64,000 nucleotides of DNA from an uncultured Methanosarcinaceae archaeon. GTDB taxonomy: Archaea > Halobacteriota > Methanosarcinia > Methanosarcinales > Methanosarcinaceae. Positions within the stretch are counted from its first letter, which is position 1. Every line of letters starts with the position of its first letter. The stretch covers positions 320,001-384,000 of the forward strand of contig CAVSHT010000005.1 of assembly GCA_963727895.1 (NCBI GenBank), in the 5' to 3' direction. Below are positions 1 through 12,030 of this stretch, piece after piece. The position numbers and the translations under genes are program-made. Under the pieces are notes generated by a model, which did no database searches, was not told where the DNA came from, and was given only the letters and a program-made list of their open reading frames with translations.

Positions 1-1539
1 ATAGAGAATACTGAACTTAAAGCATTCATCCAGCAACTCCTTAACAACACAACCAGAAACACAAAATTCCTAATAACAACTCGCTACGATTTTGATCTCC
101 TTGATGGCAGGCTTGCATCAGGAATTGAGCATATTTTCCTTCCTGAACTTCATTTTCCCCAGACAAACTGGCTTATGAACAATTTTACAGAATTGGCAGA
201 TATGGAAATTCAGAAAAAAAAGGAAATCTATGATGTTATTGGCGGTCATCCATGGACAATAGGTCAGTTTGCAAAACATGCCGCCGTTCAGGGAATAAAT
301 GATTTACTGCTGGATCTGTCGCCCCTGAAAAAAGAGCTTATTGAGTTCACCTTGCTGGATAAGTCTTATTCCAAACTGGACGAAGACGCAAGAAAACTGC
401 TCCTATGCGCTTCAATCTACGAAGAATCAGTTCCTGTTGAAACATTGTCATGGATCATCGGCGACGAAAAAGATGAATGTCCTGCTGTCGGAGAATCTCT
501 GCAAAAACTCCTCCAATGGGGTCTTATTTCAAAAGAGCAGGAGTACGACAAGAGTGTTTACTCGGAGCACACTATTGTAAAAGATTTTGCACTCAAAAAA
601 CTAGAAGAAAACGGACTGGGCAAAAATGAGCTTCTTATCAGGGCTGCCAGATACTATGAGAATCGGGTTTCTCAAACCGGAAGCCTCTGGGATTATCTAA
701 AAGCACGCGACTATTATTTCCAGGCAGAAGACTGAGAAAGTGCAAACGAAGTTGTAGAAAATACTTCAGACCTCCTGATACGCTGGGGACATATTGAACT
801 TGCAATGACTCTATTAAATGATTCTATCAACACAACATCAGGAGAAACAAAAACAAATGCTGAGTACACACTTGCAACGATTTACCATCGCCTTGGAGAC
901 TTAAATTCAGCATTTAAAATATATAATACTATTAAATATAACTATGAGAAAAAGGGGAACAAAAGCGGAGTTGCATGCACACTGCACGTGCTTGGAATGA
1001 TTCATCAGGATAAGGGCAACTACGAAGAAGCAGTTCAAAAGTATAACCAGTCACTGAAAATTGAAGAAGAGTTGGAGGACAAAAGCGGAATTGCAATAAC
1101 ACTGCACCAGCTTGGATTGATTCATCAGGATCAAGGCAACTACGAAGAAGCAGTGAACTTATACAACCAATCCCTGAAAATAGAAGAAGAGTTGGAGGGC
1201 AAAAGTGGAATTGCAAACACATTGCATCAGCTTGGAAATATTCATTACCTTCAAGGCAACTACGAAGAAGCAGTTCAAAAGTATAACCAGTCACTGAAAA
1301 TTAAAGAAGAAATAGGGAACAAAAGCGGAATTGCAACAACACTGCACCAGCTTGGACTGATTCATGAAGAAGAAAGAGAATATTGTAGTGCTCTTAGGAA
1401 TTATTTAAGTTCTTACTCAATCTTCGAGCAACTTAATTCGCCGAACAAGAAAAGCGTTTTAGGATCCCTTGCAAGATTGCGAGATAAGATGGGAGAAGAA
1501 GAATTTTATGCTGAAGTTGAAAGGCTGGTGAATGAATGA
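1..1539 (+). pseudogene. C-terminal part of a STAND/NB-ARC-like NTPase with TPR repeats, interrupted by an in-frame TGA at 733-735
   Basis: Frame +1 is open from base 1 (IENTELKAFIQQLL...KFLITTR, GGHPW). It continues after the TGA (ESANEVV...RWGHIELAM) into 40-aa TPR repeats (LHQLGxIHQxQGNYEEA). ORFs 175..735 and 805..1539 share one frame. Confidence 0.8.
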
Positions 1540-2494
1540 CTTCTGAACATATAAAGTGTCCTCTATGCGGGTACAAATATTACACAGATGTAGAAAAAAT
1601 TGATGAAGATGGGGAAACTGTTGCAGTACGGTTAGGTTTTTCGGATATTAAAAAATGGCATTGGTACACAAAAATAGATATATATGCTTATAACATATAT
1701 TTCTGCATGAACTGCCAAAATACAATAGTTCTAATCACAAAAAAAATGATATAGTTGGTGGTCGTCAACGGTACAAATGCTCTGATTGTGGCTATAACTA
1801 TACAGTAGAGCTAAAATCAACTGCTTTTTCCGCTTCTGTAAAAAGACAGGCTTTACAACTCTATCTTGAAGGATTGGGCTTTCGCTCAATAGGAAGAGTT
1901 TTAGGGGTGAGTCATGTTTCTGTCCAAAGATGGATAAAGAAATTTGGTCAGGAGTTAGAGAACCTAAAAAGTGAAAATGAGATATCTATTGTTGAAATGG
2001 ATGAGATGCACACTTACATCGGTAACAAAAAAAAATATTGCTGGATCTGGATTGCTGTTGATAGAGTTGGGAAAAAGTTCATCAACTGCTCTTTTGGCAG
2101 CAGAGGAACGGAAACTGGAAAACTACTCTGGGAAAAAGTGAAGAAAAAAGAGATTGGAGAAGTGATGACAGATCACTGGAGGGCATATGCAGAGTTTCTT
2201 CCAGAAACTATTCATACTCAATCAAAAGCAGAAACGTATACTGTTGAAGGAGATATAACAGCATATTGAGGCATTTTCTAGCAAGGTTGAGAAAAAAGAC
2301 AAAGTGTTATAAAAAAGTCTTGAAATGCTAAAGTACTCGGTTATTCTATTGATGAGATAAAGAAATAAAGAACTAGAGATATTTAAGTAACAATGCCTAA
2401 AAAAGCATTCAGCCAAAAAACTCCCAAAAGCCTATGTATAGATCTTGCGTGTCCAAATTGTAAAAAAGCATTCGAGTGGGAAGTAAAGGTATGA
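1536..2494 (+). pseudogene. Small double-CxxC zinc-ribbon protein (about 69 aa) split by IS1
   Basis: Removing IS1 (1657-2397) joins MTSEHIKCPLCG...FSDIKK to AFSQKTPKSLCIDLACPNCKKAFEWEVKV*. It has ATGA overlaps with both neighbouring genes. Confidence 0.75.
1657..2397 (+). mobile_element. IS1-family insertion sequence (degenerate transposase)
   Basis: Ends GGCATTG...CAATGCC. InsAB motifs (EMDEMHTYIG, TDHWRAY). Flanks TAAAAAAT and TAAAAAAG form a near-perfect 8-bp target duplication. Confidence 0.92.
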
Positions 2495-2948
2495 CTGAAG
2501 GAGAAATTGAAAGCGGGGCTGGTGAAGAAGAGATTCCTTTTGTCTCCGCCGAGCCCAATCCTTTCTGGAAGAAAAACGCTGAAAAACTTGTTGGGGAATC
2601 TATTTCGGCTGTAGAAGACACAGCAAAACAGTTTGTTGTCGTCACAGGGCTCCTTCAGGGAATTTATTTTCATGCTATTGCATTTTCAGATATGAAGGAT
2701 CAAAAGGGTATTCTTTTCTGATTTATCTGGCTCCGCTTATTTTGTGGTTACTGAGTCTGGTTTTTGCGGTAATGGTACTTCTCAGAAAAAGGTATAAGAT
2801 TAACATAAATTCCACCAGCAATTCAAAGAAAATATTCGAGGATATGGTGAAAATTAAGTACAGGTACATTCGGATTTCAGGTTTTTTCCTGATTATTAGT
2901 TTTGTGGCTCTCATTATTGCTTTTTTGCATTATTTCAGCATATTTTAA
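2491..2948 (+). pseudogene. Small multi-pass membrane protein, frameshifted near 2715
   Basis: MTEGEIES...QKGILF continues as LIYLAPLILWLLSL... if one T is restored. Hydrophobic segments occur in both halves. Confidence 0.65.
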
Positions 2949-3086
2949 TTCTTTTCCGATGTTTGATTCTTTTCTTCTACTGATGGTTTCAGAAAAATAT
3001 ATTTAGTATGTGTTTTAATTATCTGAAAGCCTGTTTGCGAACAAATAAATATACAAAACCTTTTACAGGTAGCCTAAGAGATAAAA

Positions 3087-4412
3087 ATGACTGAACTTAA
3101 GAAAACGATTTCCTTCAGGCGGGGCATGGGGCTTGCAATCTGCATGCTTATAGGCACAGGGATTCTGGCGCTGCCGGGCCTGGCACTTGATGCAGGCAAT
3201 GTTTATGAAGCAATCCTCGGCTGGTTTCTCATAGCAATTGTCGCAGTCCCTCTTATCGAAGTCTGCTCCAGCCTTGGCCTTAAATTTCCTTCAACAGCCG
3301 GGCTTGCAGGTTATGCTGAAAAGGCTGTTGGTCCCTGGGGAGGATATGCAGTTTCCTATCTTGTGGGAGGATCTTTCTTTTTCGGGCTTCCTGCGGTTGC
3401 TCTTATAGGCAGCGAATATATGAGGCAGCTTTTTCAGCTATCAGATGCAGGAACAGTCTTTTTCGCTTTTCTGCTTGTAACCCTGATGTTCCTTTCTAAC
3501 ATAGCAGGAATGAGAGTTATTTCCATGATCAATTACGCATCTCTGGCTGTCCTTTTTCTGCTAATAGGCCTGCTCATTTCTTTTAATCTTGATTTTATGG
3601 GCTCAGGCATCGGGATTGCCAGCGAAGCTCTTAGCGGTAACGTGCATATAGACCTGCATAACATCTGGAAAGTTGCAGCCCTCCTTTTCTGGGCTTTTAT
3701 TGGTTGGGAAAACCTTTCTTTTTCCCTGGGGGAAATAAAAGACCCTGAAAAAAATATACCTCGCCTTTACTGGCTGAGTTTTGCCCTTGTGACTTCTATC
3801 TACCTTTTGCTTGCTCTTATCAGCACTGGAGCCAGTATTTCAGGTGCTTCCATTCAGGGTGCAGCCGGACTTTCCAGCCTCGTACGATTTACTCCCAAAG
3901 GAAATCTTCTCATCTGGCTTATGATAGTAGTTATTGCAGCAAACGCCTGTTCCTGGAACTTTACTGCAAGCCGCCTGCTTTATGCCGGAGGCAGGACAGG
4001 AATTTTTCCTGAGATTTTCGGAAAGCTTTCAAAAAAGAATATTCCTATGTCCAGCCTGATTGGGCTATATATACTTTCAATATTCCTAATTATTGGAAGT
4101 TATCTCTTCAAAATTCCGGTATCAACCATGATGTTGTTCGTAAGCCAGAACTACGTTTTTATTTATGCCTTTATCATAATCGCTTACTGGAAAAGTGAAA
4201 CTTGCTGGAATAAATGGATTTTTTCAGCTCTTTCACTTGTATCCCTTAGCTTTTTGATCTCAGGGTTTACATGGAAAATCATTTATCCAATCTTTTTGAT
4301 AGGATTTGGTTATTTCAGGTATCTTAAGAGTAATAATAAAATTTATGATTCCAGAGGTTCTGCATCAAAAATATCTGCATCCATAAATACTGATTCCAGA
4401 AATCAAATATAG
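3087..4412 (+). CDS. APC-family amino acid permease
   Basis: 441 aa with about 12 hydrophobic segments. Motifs IGTGILALP, FWAFIGWE, EIKDPEKNIPR, SRLLYA. Confidence 0.9.
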   Translation: MTELKKTISFRRGMGLAICMLIGTGILALPGLALDAGNVYEAILGWFLIAIVAVPLIEVCSSLGLKFPSTAGLAGYAEKAVGPWGGYAVSYLVGGSFFFGLPAVALIGSEYMRQLFQLSDAGTVFFAFLLVTLMFLSNIAGMRVISMINYASLAVLFLLIGLLISFNLDFMGSGIGIASEALSGNVHIDLHNIWKVAALLFWAFIGWENLSFSLGEIKDPEKNIPRLYWLSFALVTSIYLLLALISTGASISGASIQGAAGLSSLVRFTPKGNLLIWLMIVVIAANACSWNFTASRLLYAGGRTGIFPEIFGKLSKKNIPMSSLIGLYILSIFLIIGSYLFKIPVSTMMLFVSQNYVFIYAFIIIAYWKSETCWNKWIFSALSLVSLSFLISGFTWKIIYPIFLIGFGYFRYLKSNNKIYDSRGSASKISASINTDSRNQI

Positions 4413-4587
4413 GGAACGAAAATCTCATGCCTTGAAGATAACCAGGAAATTTCTTCGCTTATCAAACAGTAATCTAAAAATTTTTAAACAAGTATTGCTA
4501 TGTTATATGTATTCTCAAGTAATATGTATTTTTAAATACTAAAAAAATTTACTTGCAATGTTTTAAAGCCTGAAGGAAACTGGTCAT

Positions 4588-4989
4588 ATGTTATTGATAA
4601 GTGTTAAAGACTCACCTGGAAAAGGCAGGGGTGTATTTTCACAGCGGAATTTTAAAAGAGGCGAAGTAATAGAAACCTGTCCTGTCATAGTTTTACCCCC
4701 TGAAGAAATAGACTCACTTGAACTTACCCAGCTCTACAATTATTATTTTGCCTGGGGTCCAGACTCAAAAGATGCAGCTATCGCGCTTGGCTATGGATCA
4801 CTTTATAATCACTCTTACAGCCCAAATGCAAGATACTATAAGGACTTCGAAAACAGCCTTTTAAGATACATCTGTATAAGAGATATTCAAGAAAACGAAG
4901 AAATAACAATAAACTATAACTGTGATCCTGAGGACAAAACCCCTGTTTGGTTTGATCTTGCAAGCCAAGAAGATCTTGAAATTTACTGA
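4588..4989 (+). CDS. SET-domain lysine methyltransferase
   Basis: Motifs GKGRGVF, YNHSYSPNA, RDIQENEEITINY. Confidence 0.92.
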   Translation: MLLISVKDSPGKGRGVFSQRNFKRGEVIETCPVIVLPPEEIDSLELTQLYNYYFAWGPDSKDAAIALGYGSLYNHSYSPNARYYKDFENSLLRYICIRDIQENEEITINYNCDPEDKTPVWFDLASQEDLEIY

Positions 4990-5001
4990 TTGAAATTTGA
5001 T

Positions 5002-5080
5002 GATATTGAAGTTTACTGATATTGAAGTTTACTGATATTGAAGTTTACTGATATTGAAATTTAACGATATGAAATTTGAT
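5002..5080. repeat. 16-bp tandem repeat GATATTGAAGTTTACT (about 3 perfect copies plus degenerate ones)
   Basis: Read directly downstream of the SET gene. Confidence 0.8.
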
Positions 5081-5358
5081 GAAAAGCATAATATTGGATG
5101 TAATCAATGATTGTTCTTAAAAAATAGAGATTTTATTCTTCTAAATTTTTTAGGTTTTTATATTTTGTGTTCATGAGGTGAGAAGTTTATATTTTCGTCA
5201 AAGTTTATATTTTCTTCAGCTACTTAGCTTGAAAAGCTAATTTGTAGATTAACTTGTAATCAAACTTACAATAACCCTATTAAGCTAGCCTGTGAAATTT
5301 AATTTTGGATCAAATCAAAGCTAAAATTTCTTCTGAAAATTAGATACAAGGCATAAAA

Positions 5359-6165
5359 ATGGAAAACACATATCTTACAGTTTTTCGGGTAAGTCTATTC
5401 GAAACCTTTTATATTACAGGCTCTTTGATTCTTGTTGGTCTAGTACTTGGCCTTCTCGAAAACAGGGCCAATTTCTATATCCAGAGAACTTTTGGTAGGA
5501 AAGGAATTCTGGTTACTGCCTGGATAGGAACACCAATTCATGAACTCGGTCACATGCTGATGTGTTACTTATTTAGACATGATATTAATAAATTCAAGCT
5601 ATTTTCCCTCAAATCAAAAGACGGAACTCTCGGATACGTCAATCATAGCTGGAACCCGAAAAGTCTCTACCCGAACATAGGAAACTTTTTCATAGGTATG
5701 GGTCCAATTTTCAGCGGAACTGCAGCTCTTATAATCGGGATGCATCTGCTGCTGCCAAACTCTTTTACCAGGGTTTCGGGTTATCTTTCCCTTGAGACAA
5801 TCCAGCCAGATCAGTATATATTGACAAAAATCTTCACTCTTACCGCGGGTCTCTTTGAAAGCATATTTTCGGTACAAAACCTGCTTTCTCTCAATTTATG
5901 GATTTATTTTGCCCTGGCAATAGCCATTTCTTCGCATATAGCCCTTAGCAAAGAAGACCTTAAAGGAGCAAGCAGAGGCTTGATTACGATATTCACTCTT
6001 ATTTTGCTGGTAAATTTGGTTGCTCTTGTCTTCAATGCTGATATATCCAGCCTTTTTTCAAAGATTCTAGGACTTAATGTATATATCCTGGCTTTTTCAA
6101 TGATTTCTATTGTTTTTTCATTAATCAGGCTGGTGTTAAGTGTTCTTGCGTATTATTTAGTCTAA
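5359..6165 (+). CDS. Membrane protein with HExxH motif (possible M50-like zinc metalloprotease)
   Basis: Motifs IHELGH, GYVNH, FIGMGP and multiple TM segments. Confidence 0.65.
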   Translation: MENTYLTVFRVSLFETFYITGSLILVGLVLGLLENRANFYIQRTFGRKGILVTAWIGTPIHELGHMLMCYLFRHDINKFKLFSLKSKDGTLGYVNHSWNPKSLYPNIGNFFIGMGPIFSGTAALIIGMHLLLPNSFTRVSGYLSLETIQPDQYILTKIFTLTAGLFESIFSVQNLLSLNLWIYFALAIAISSHIALSKEDLKGASRGLITIFTLILLVNLVALVFNADISSLFSKILGLNVYILAFSMISIVFSLIRLVLSVLAYYLV

Positions 6166-6695
6166 AAATCTTACCTAATTTTTTCCTTAATTCTCTGAAA
6201 TACAGTAAGTTCCTTTTATTTTTTCATTATACTTTCAACAAATTGTACATGTCTAGTTTTGATCCGATCAATTAAATACTTCCTTGTTTATATCAACTGA
6301 GTGGGGGTAAGGTAGCTTTTCAAAAATTGTTGTAGAAAACGAAATTAATGGCAAACTTAAATTCTCTGAATTTCAATCCCACTGAAGATCCAGATTGATT
6401 ATAAGGATTCAAAAGGGAAAAGGAAACTGTTACTCAAGAAATTAAACTCGAAGCTGCAAAAGTTGGAAATATGACTACTATAGGAAGTCTGGGATGTCCA
6501 AGTAGTCACAGTGGAATTGGTTTATATATATATTATATTGTGGTAATACACTTGCAGACCGGAGTATTTGTCTACAAATAAATGAAAAAATAAAGACAAA
6601 AAGAAAATAGTCTGCACATAAAATGTCTGAAAATTATAAAATGTCTGACAATTAGACAGTATAAAAAACATATCAATACTTAATGGAGATGTAGG

Positions 6696-7934
6696 ATGAG
6701 GAACTCTACTTACCTGAAAATGGGTCTAAACATGCTTATGCACAGTAAACTGCGAAGCTGGCTGACCATTATCGGGATAATTATAGGAGTAGGATCTGTA
6801 ATTGGCATTGTCTCTTTAGGAGATGCTATGCAGGCAAACGTGCAAAGCAAACTATCTGAACTGGATCTGACAAAAATAACCATAACCCCGGGATATACCA
6901 AAGCGTCATCCAATATGCATATGCATGGTCCTTCTGGGGGTGGTAGTGGTACATCAACAGATGTAGAATTAACAAAGGATGATATTGACGCACTTCGAGG
7001 CCTGGATAGTATACAGTACATAGAATGAGAAATTTCAGGTAGTGAAGCGGTCAAATATATAGGACAAAACGCAACCCTTCCAATTACAGGTGTCGACCCT
7101 CAGAAATGGAAATATATGACTACTCTAAAAACAAAATCAGGAAGATTGTTAGAACCAGCTGATAAGAATGTTGCAGTCATAGGAAGTGACGTTGCTAGTG
7201 GAATTTATGATCATGACATTGGAATCAATCAAATAATAACAATAAACAACAAATCAGTTCGTGTTGTTGGAATCTTACCAGAAGAAGGCATGGGAGGCGA
7301 TTCAATAATCTACATGCCTATAACTGGAGCAGTGGACATTATTACAGATGCGAAAAAAAATGTTTATGACAGCATTTCTGTAAAAGCCAGGAATGAAGAT
7401 CAGGTAGATGGACTGGTAGAAGATATCGAAAAAAAGCTCATGGTCTCAAGACATATTAACAAAGAAGATGACAGGGACTTTACCGTAACAGCGTCAAAAT
7501 CGCTGGCATATTCGGTTACTGAAATGATGAGTTCTATGGCTCTTTTCCTTGGTGCAATTGCAGCTGTGTCCCTGCTTGTAGGAGCTGTTGGGATTGCAAA
7601 CACCATGTTTACTTCTGTCCTTGAAAAAACAAAAGAAATAGGGACTATGAAAGCCATAGGTGCCAAAAACAGGGATATACTCATGATTTTCCTTTTTAAT
7701 TCTGCAATGGTAGGTCTTGTTGGTGGTATCCTTGGAGTAATTCTTGGAGCCTTTGTTTCATCCGGTCTCCAAGCAATGATGGGAAACAATATGACTGGAG
7801 GGAGCAGTGGATTAAGTATTCCCCTTATGTTTGAAGGACTTAGCCTTGCCGTTTTGATAGGAGTTATCTCTGGGGTTGTCCCTGCATACAGGGCTTCAAA
7901 ATTAAAGCCGGTTGACGCATTAAGGTACGAATAA
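6696..7934 (+). pseudogene. MacB/FtsX-type ABC transporter permease with an in-frame TGA at 7026-7028
   Basis: ORFs 6696 and 7116 are in the same frame and open between them. Motifs RSWLTIIGIIIGVGSVI, GIANTMFTSVLEKTKEIGTMKAIGA, PAYRASKLKPVDALRYE. Confidence 0.88.
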
Positions 7935-7942
7935 AGAAAAAG

Positions 7943-7972
7943 AAAGGGTTAATAACCCTTTTTTATTTTTTT
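7943..7972 (+). terminator. Hairpin plus T-tract terminator
   Basis: AAAGGGTT-AAT-AACCCTTT followed by a T run directly after the stop codon. Confidence 0.5.
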
Positions 7973-7985
7973 CATTGGAATTTGT

Positions 7986-8057
7986 GGCTCTCTATTTGGC
8001 TCTCTATTTGGCTCTCTATTTGGCTCTCTATTTGGCTCTCTATTTGGCTCTCTATTT
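7986..8057. repeat. 12-bp tandem repeat GGCTCTCTATTT x6
   Basis: Six perfect copies followed by degenerate ones. Confidence 0.9.
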
Positions 8058-8147
8058 GATTCTTTATTCGGTTCTCTATTAGGTTCTCTGTTCTATAGAT
8101 TTTATTAGCTGTGAGGTTTCTCATTTAACAATCAAATAACATTTTCT

Positions 8148-9807
8148 CTATTTAGCTCTCTGTTCTATCGATTTGATTAGCCTTACAAATCCTCCATTGC
8201 CTTCAGAATCCAGTTCCATTTCTACAAAATAAACGTAATCTGAAATTTCTGAAAGCCCACCAGTCTCACTGCTGCCTACGATCAACGAGTAAACTTTTGC
8301 GTTATACTTCTTTTTTGCTTCTTCCCAGCGAGCCAGTACCAGTTCTTCGGAGACTTCGGACTTGCCATCGGTTATAAAGAGCAGGTCAACTCCCTGAAAG
8401 TCTTTTTCTTTCAGGGACTTCAAACCTGAAGCAAGGACAGTATTGAAGTCCGTCCCTCCACCAAAGGTATATAAAAGGAAATTCAGGAATTTTTCGGACA
8501 TTTTTTTTCGGCTGCTGAGCTCGATTTCCAGATGCTGGCTTGTCGAGGCAAAAAGGATAACTTTCATGTCTCTGCTGGGAAAGCATTCGTTTTGCCATAG
8601 CCAGTACTGCAGACTTGGCAAGAGTTTGAGGAGCTCCGTGCATTGACCCGGAAGTGTCAACAAGTACAATCATCGGGCCTTTAGGCTTTATTCGAGGAGG
8701 GCCTGTGTAATATTTTCCAAGTAATTGGTAACTAAGGAGCTTTCCTTCAAGCATGTCTGCATAGAATTTCTTTTTCAGGGAAGGGTTAAGGAGTTTTGCG
8801 GCTTCAATAGGTAGTAGATTATTAATAGAATCAGAGAAACGTACTGTTTGAATTTGATTTTTTCCAAAAGGTGAATAATGTATGCGATTCGATGGTGTGT
8901 CAAACTCTCGTCTGCCGATAAAATCTACAATTTTTCTCAGTTCAGGACTTTTTTCAAAAAAGGTTGAATAGCTTTTAAGCGTTTTAAGCTGTACATAAAA
9001 AGGCTCTTTTTTAAGCTCTTTTACTGAATAGCTCCAGTTGCGCTGGGGAAAAAGCAGGGCAAGTGTATCAAAAAGCTCCAGATTTTCTTCCATTTCAGAA
9101 ACGAATTCATTTATTCTTCGATATAGCTCACTCATTATTCATTCCAGAAATTCCTGGTATCCTTCCTTCTGCATGAAAGCCAGAACATTTTCCTGAAGAT
9201 TAAATTCTTCAGAATTTCCCATTTCCGAGTCCCTTCGGCCTGAAAACACCAAAGGTGTTTTATTTGCCCATATGAGAAGAGTTTCTTTCAGGATTTCTTC
9301 AAATTGCTTGAGAATTTCATCCATTCTGCCATCAAGTTCTTTAAGAAATTCTGTACCTGAAACGCCAGTTGATTCTGAAAAACGCTCCAGAATCTCGTAA
9401 ATAAGAGGCAGGAAAATTTTCAAACCTGCAATTCCGGCTCCCCTGCTTTTTTTTGCAATTTTTTGGAGTCTAGGCCAAGGTTTTGAATTTCTCAAGGTGA
9501 GAAGAACCGGATAAAAAGCTCCAAAAGTCTCTATAAACCTTTCAGGATCTTTTATTTCATAAGGCTGTCCAAATAGAATCTCAAAAGTAAGAATTTCGGC
9601 TATTTTTTCTCGCATAGGACGGGGAATAGTTCGAGGAAAGGCTACTGTGCTCCTGAGGTCTCGTTGCAGTACAGATGCAGTCTGATTCTGGAGAATAAAC
9701 AAATCCCGCAAGTTTTTATTATTCAGGCTTTTATTTTCCGAAAAAAAGGAGTAGCTTTCAGAGGGAGCTGTACCTTGATTATTATGAAAATTCTCAGAGC
9801 CTTCCAT
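8148..9807 (-). pseudogene. ViaA-like vWA-domain protein; in-frame TGA at 9139-9141 and a frameshift near 8570
   Basis: MIDAS motif VDTSGSM, GGGTDF, LFITDG and LLPIEAAKL are spread over three ORF pieces. Confidence 0.82.
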
Positions 9808-9962
9808 TTCAAAATCTCATTAAATTATATGATTTAGAATTTCTTGACTTGAAATGACTTAGTTTGATAAACTACTTGGTTTGAAGTTATCTAATAATTA
9901 TTCTTTATCTTAGATTATCTAAGCTTTAATCGGGAGCCAATCCCTTTCATAAAACTATTGAC

Positions 9963-10820
9963 GGTTCCGTTGCAAAAAATTTCAGAATCAGCACGTAAAT
10001 CTACAGACAATGAACAAAAGTTAAAATATTCAAAAAGATGTGTCAATATTATAGAACTATTCCAAATAATTGATTAATATATTTAGCTTCATTAAGACCA
10101 GAGTAATTTAGATTCTTGACTTGTCCTTTTTTAATCATATTCATCGCTTCAATTCCTTTTAAAGTTTTAATGGCTGTATGAAAAGACTGAAATCCTAACA
10201 TTGGATTAACTATTCGTTTAATGGATCTATGATCTTGTTCTATAATGTTATTCAAATACTTGATTTGTCGAATGCCTACGTTTATAGGTAGTATTTTATC
10301 ATTTTTCAGTTTATTTATAGCAGGTGGATAAGCTGGATTTTTATCAACTGTGATTACTCTTGGAATTTGATCATGATTAGAATTCAGAGCTTTCTTAAAG
10401 AAACGTTTTGCTGCTTTTTGGTCTCGTTTTGCACTTAACATGAAATCAATTGTATCTCCATTTGAGTCAACTGCTCGGTAAAAATATTTCCATTTACCTT
10501 TAACTCTGATGTAAGTTTCATCAACTCTCCAAGAGTCGTTTGTTGGTCTTAAATATCTACGTACCTTCTTTTCGATTTCAGGAGAGTATTGATGTACCCA
10601 TCTCATAATATGGTTGTATGGTTGACTATTACTTCCCTTTCTGCCATCATTTCCTTTAAATTTCGATAACTTAATGGATATTTTAAGTACCATCTAACAT
10701 TCAATAAAATAATTTCACCCACAAAATGCTTCCATTTAAAGGGATTAGATAGCATGTCATTATCCTTTACTTCCCTTTTATTTGATTATATCCTTAACAG
10801 ATATTTTTTGCAACGGAACC
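9963..10820 (-). mobile_element. IS6-family element, transposase frameshifted near codon 49
   Basis: TIR GGTTCCGTTGCAAAAAA at both ends. DDE motifs WRVDETY, DKNPAY, NNIIEQDHR. Confidence 0.95.
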
Positions 10821-10906
10821 TGTTGTTTTCTTAGTTTAAAAAGTAATACATATTCCAAAACAAACAGGTAACCTGATGTAAATAGAATCAAAACTCATAT
10901 TAAATT

Positions 10907-11710
10907 TCATAATATATGCTTCAAAATAATATCATTAACCATACAGTCTTTTTTTTGATAATACCTTTTTGCATGTTCCACAAGCAGGGCATGATACTCC
11001 TGATAAGCAGCCAGATCTTTAGGTAAATTGTCCTCAAACAGGGCTTTGATTTCATTATAAGTTGTTTTGTCATTAGCAAGGTTCAAGTTTGTTACTATTC
11101 TTTTAGTATAAGCATCAACAACAAAAGAAGGTTGCTTAAATGCATATAACAGAATCGAATCTGCAGTCTCAGGACCTATGCCTTTTAAAGAAAGGAGTTC
11201 TTCTCGCAAAGGTATTCGAGCTCCGAGTTTTAAAAACCAGTTGGCAAGAATTTTTAAACGCGTTGATTTCTGGTTATAATGGCCTGCAGGCCTGATAACT
11301 TCTTTTAAAGTTTCCATATCAAGCGTGAGGATATATTCAGGAGAAAGAGAATGTATCTGTTTAAGGTTTAAGAGAGCCTTTTCAACCTGCATCCAGCTTG
11401 TGTTCTGAGTAAGCAAAGCTCCACAGATAACCTCAAATTGCTGGTTCCTGGTTTGCGGGTAGGTATAATCAGAAGGGTGATATCCCTGGATCGAGCCTGT
11501 TTTTGTAGGGTTTTTTCCTTCAGCTTCATGAAGTTCGGTTAAAGGCCACCAGCCCTGAGGGCCATAAAGAACAAAAAGATGGTTATAGATTCTTCTGATA
11601 GCAGGCTCATTGCCCGTCTCCCGTGAAATTATACTTACTTCAAGGTCTGTTTTTTCGGCGAATCTTGGATCTATTTTTTCGGTATCGAAATCTTCAATGT
11701 TATTTTTCAT
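10907..11710 (-). CDS. Endonuclease III-related HhH-GPD protein
   Basis: Motifs QGWWP, GALLTQNTSW, LLSLKGIGPETADSILLYA, VVDAYTKR, YHALLVEHAK. Confidence 0.88.
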   Translation of the reverse strand: MKNNIEDFDTEKIDPRFAEKTDLEVSIISRETGNEPAIRRIYNHLFVLYGPQGWWPLTELHEAEGKNPTKTGSIQGYHPSDYTYPQTRNQQFEVICGALLTQNTSWMQVEKALLNLKQIHSLSPEYILTLDMETLKEVIRPAGHYNQKSTRLKILANWFLKLGARIPLREELLSLKGIGPETADSILLYAFKQPSFVVDAYTKRIVTNLNLANDKTTYNEIKALFEDNLPKDLAAYQEYHALLVEHAKRYYQKKDCMVNDIILKHIL

Positions 11711-12030
11711 TTCATCATTCTTATAGCTAAGAAATTATTTAAAGCTGTCATGTTCTATTTTTTACAGGATATTATATAGATATACTAATATTACCAAGGT
11801 CTTTCATACACCATTTAATTGTGTTAATTATAAAAGTCTTTGAAGGGAGACTAATTCTCAAGAAGCTAACTTTAGAGAAGGCTTAGTTCTAAAAACTGCT
11901 CTTAAAGAAATTACCTTAGAAAAGGTAAAATCGAAATTTTAAGTATTTTTCGAAACTTGTGGAGGGCATTTAATGTTAACTCTCGAGGTAACAACATTGA
12001 TAATTAAAAATATATGATAGGCTTTAGAAA

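Noticed and set aside
6300..6595. Remnant of an S-layer-type gene upstream of the ABC permease
   Set aside because: Only short fragments (LKIQIDYKDSKG, ETVTQEIKLE) are readable, which is too degraded to call.
7986..8057. Tandem repeats (also 5002-5080 and 57112-57268) as CRISPR arrays
   Set aside because: These are head-to-tail 12-18-bp units with no unique spacers.
733..9141. Three in-frame TGA codons (733, 7026, 9139) as selenocysteine or stop-codon recoding
   Set aside because: The positions are not catalytic Cys sites and each is one substitution from TGG, GGA or AGA. TGA ends many normal genes here, the vWA gene also has a frameshift, and Methanosarcina recodes TAG (pyrrolysine), not TGA.
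10049..10693. Track ORF starting MVLKISIK as the true IS6 transposase start (also 24267 and 28351)
   Set aside because: That N-terminus is an off-frame reading. The real start is MLSNPFKWKH upstream, broken by a frameshift.
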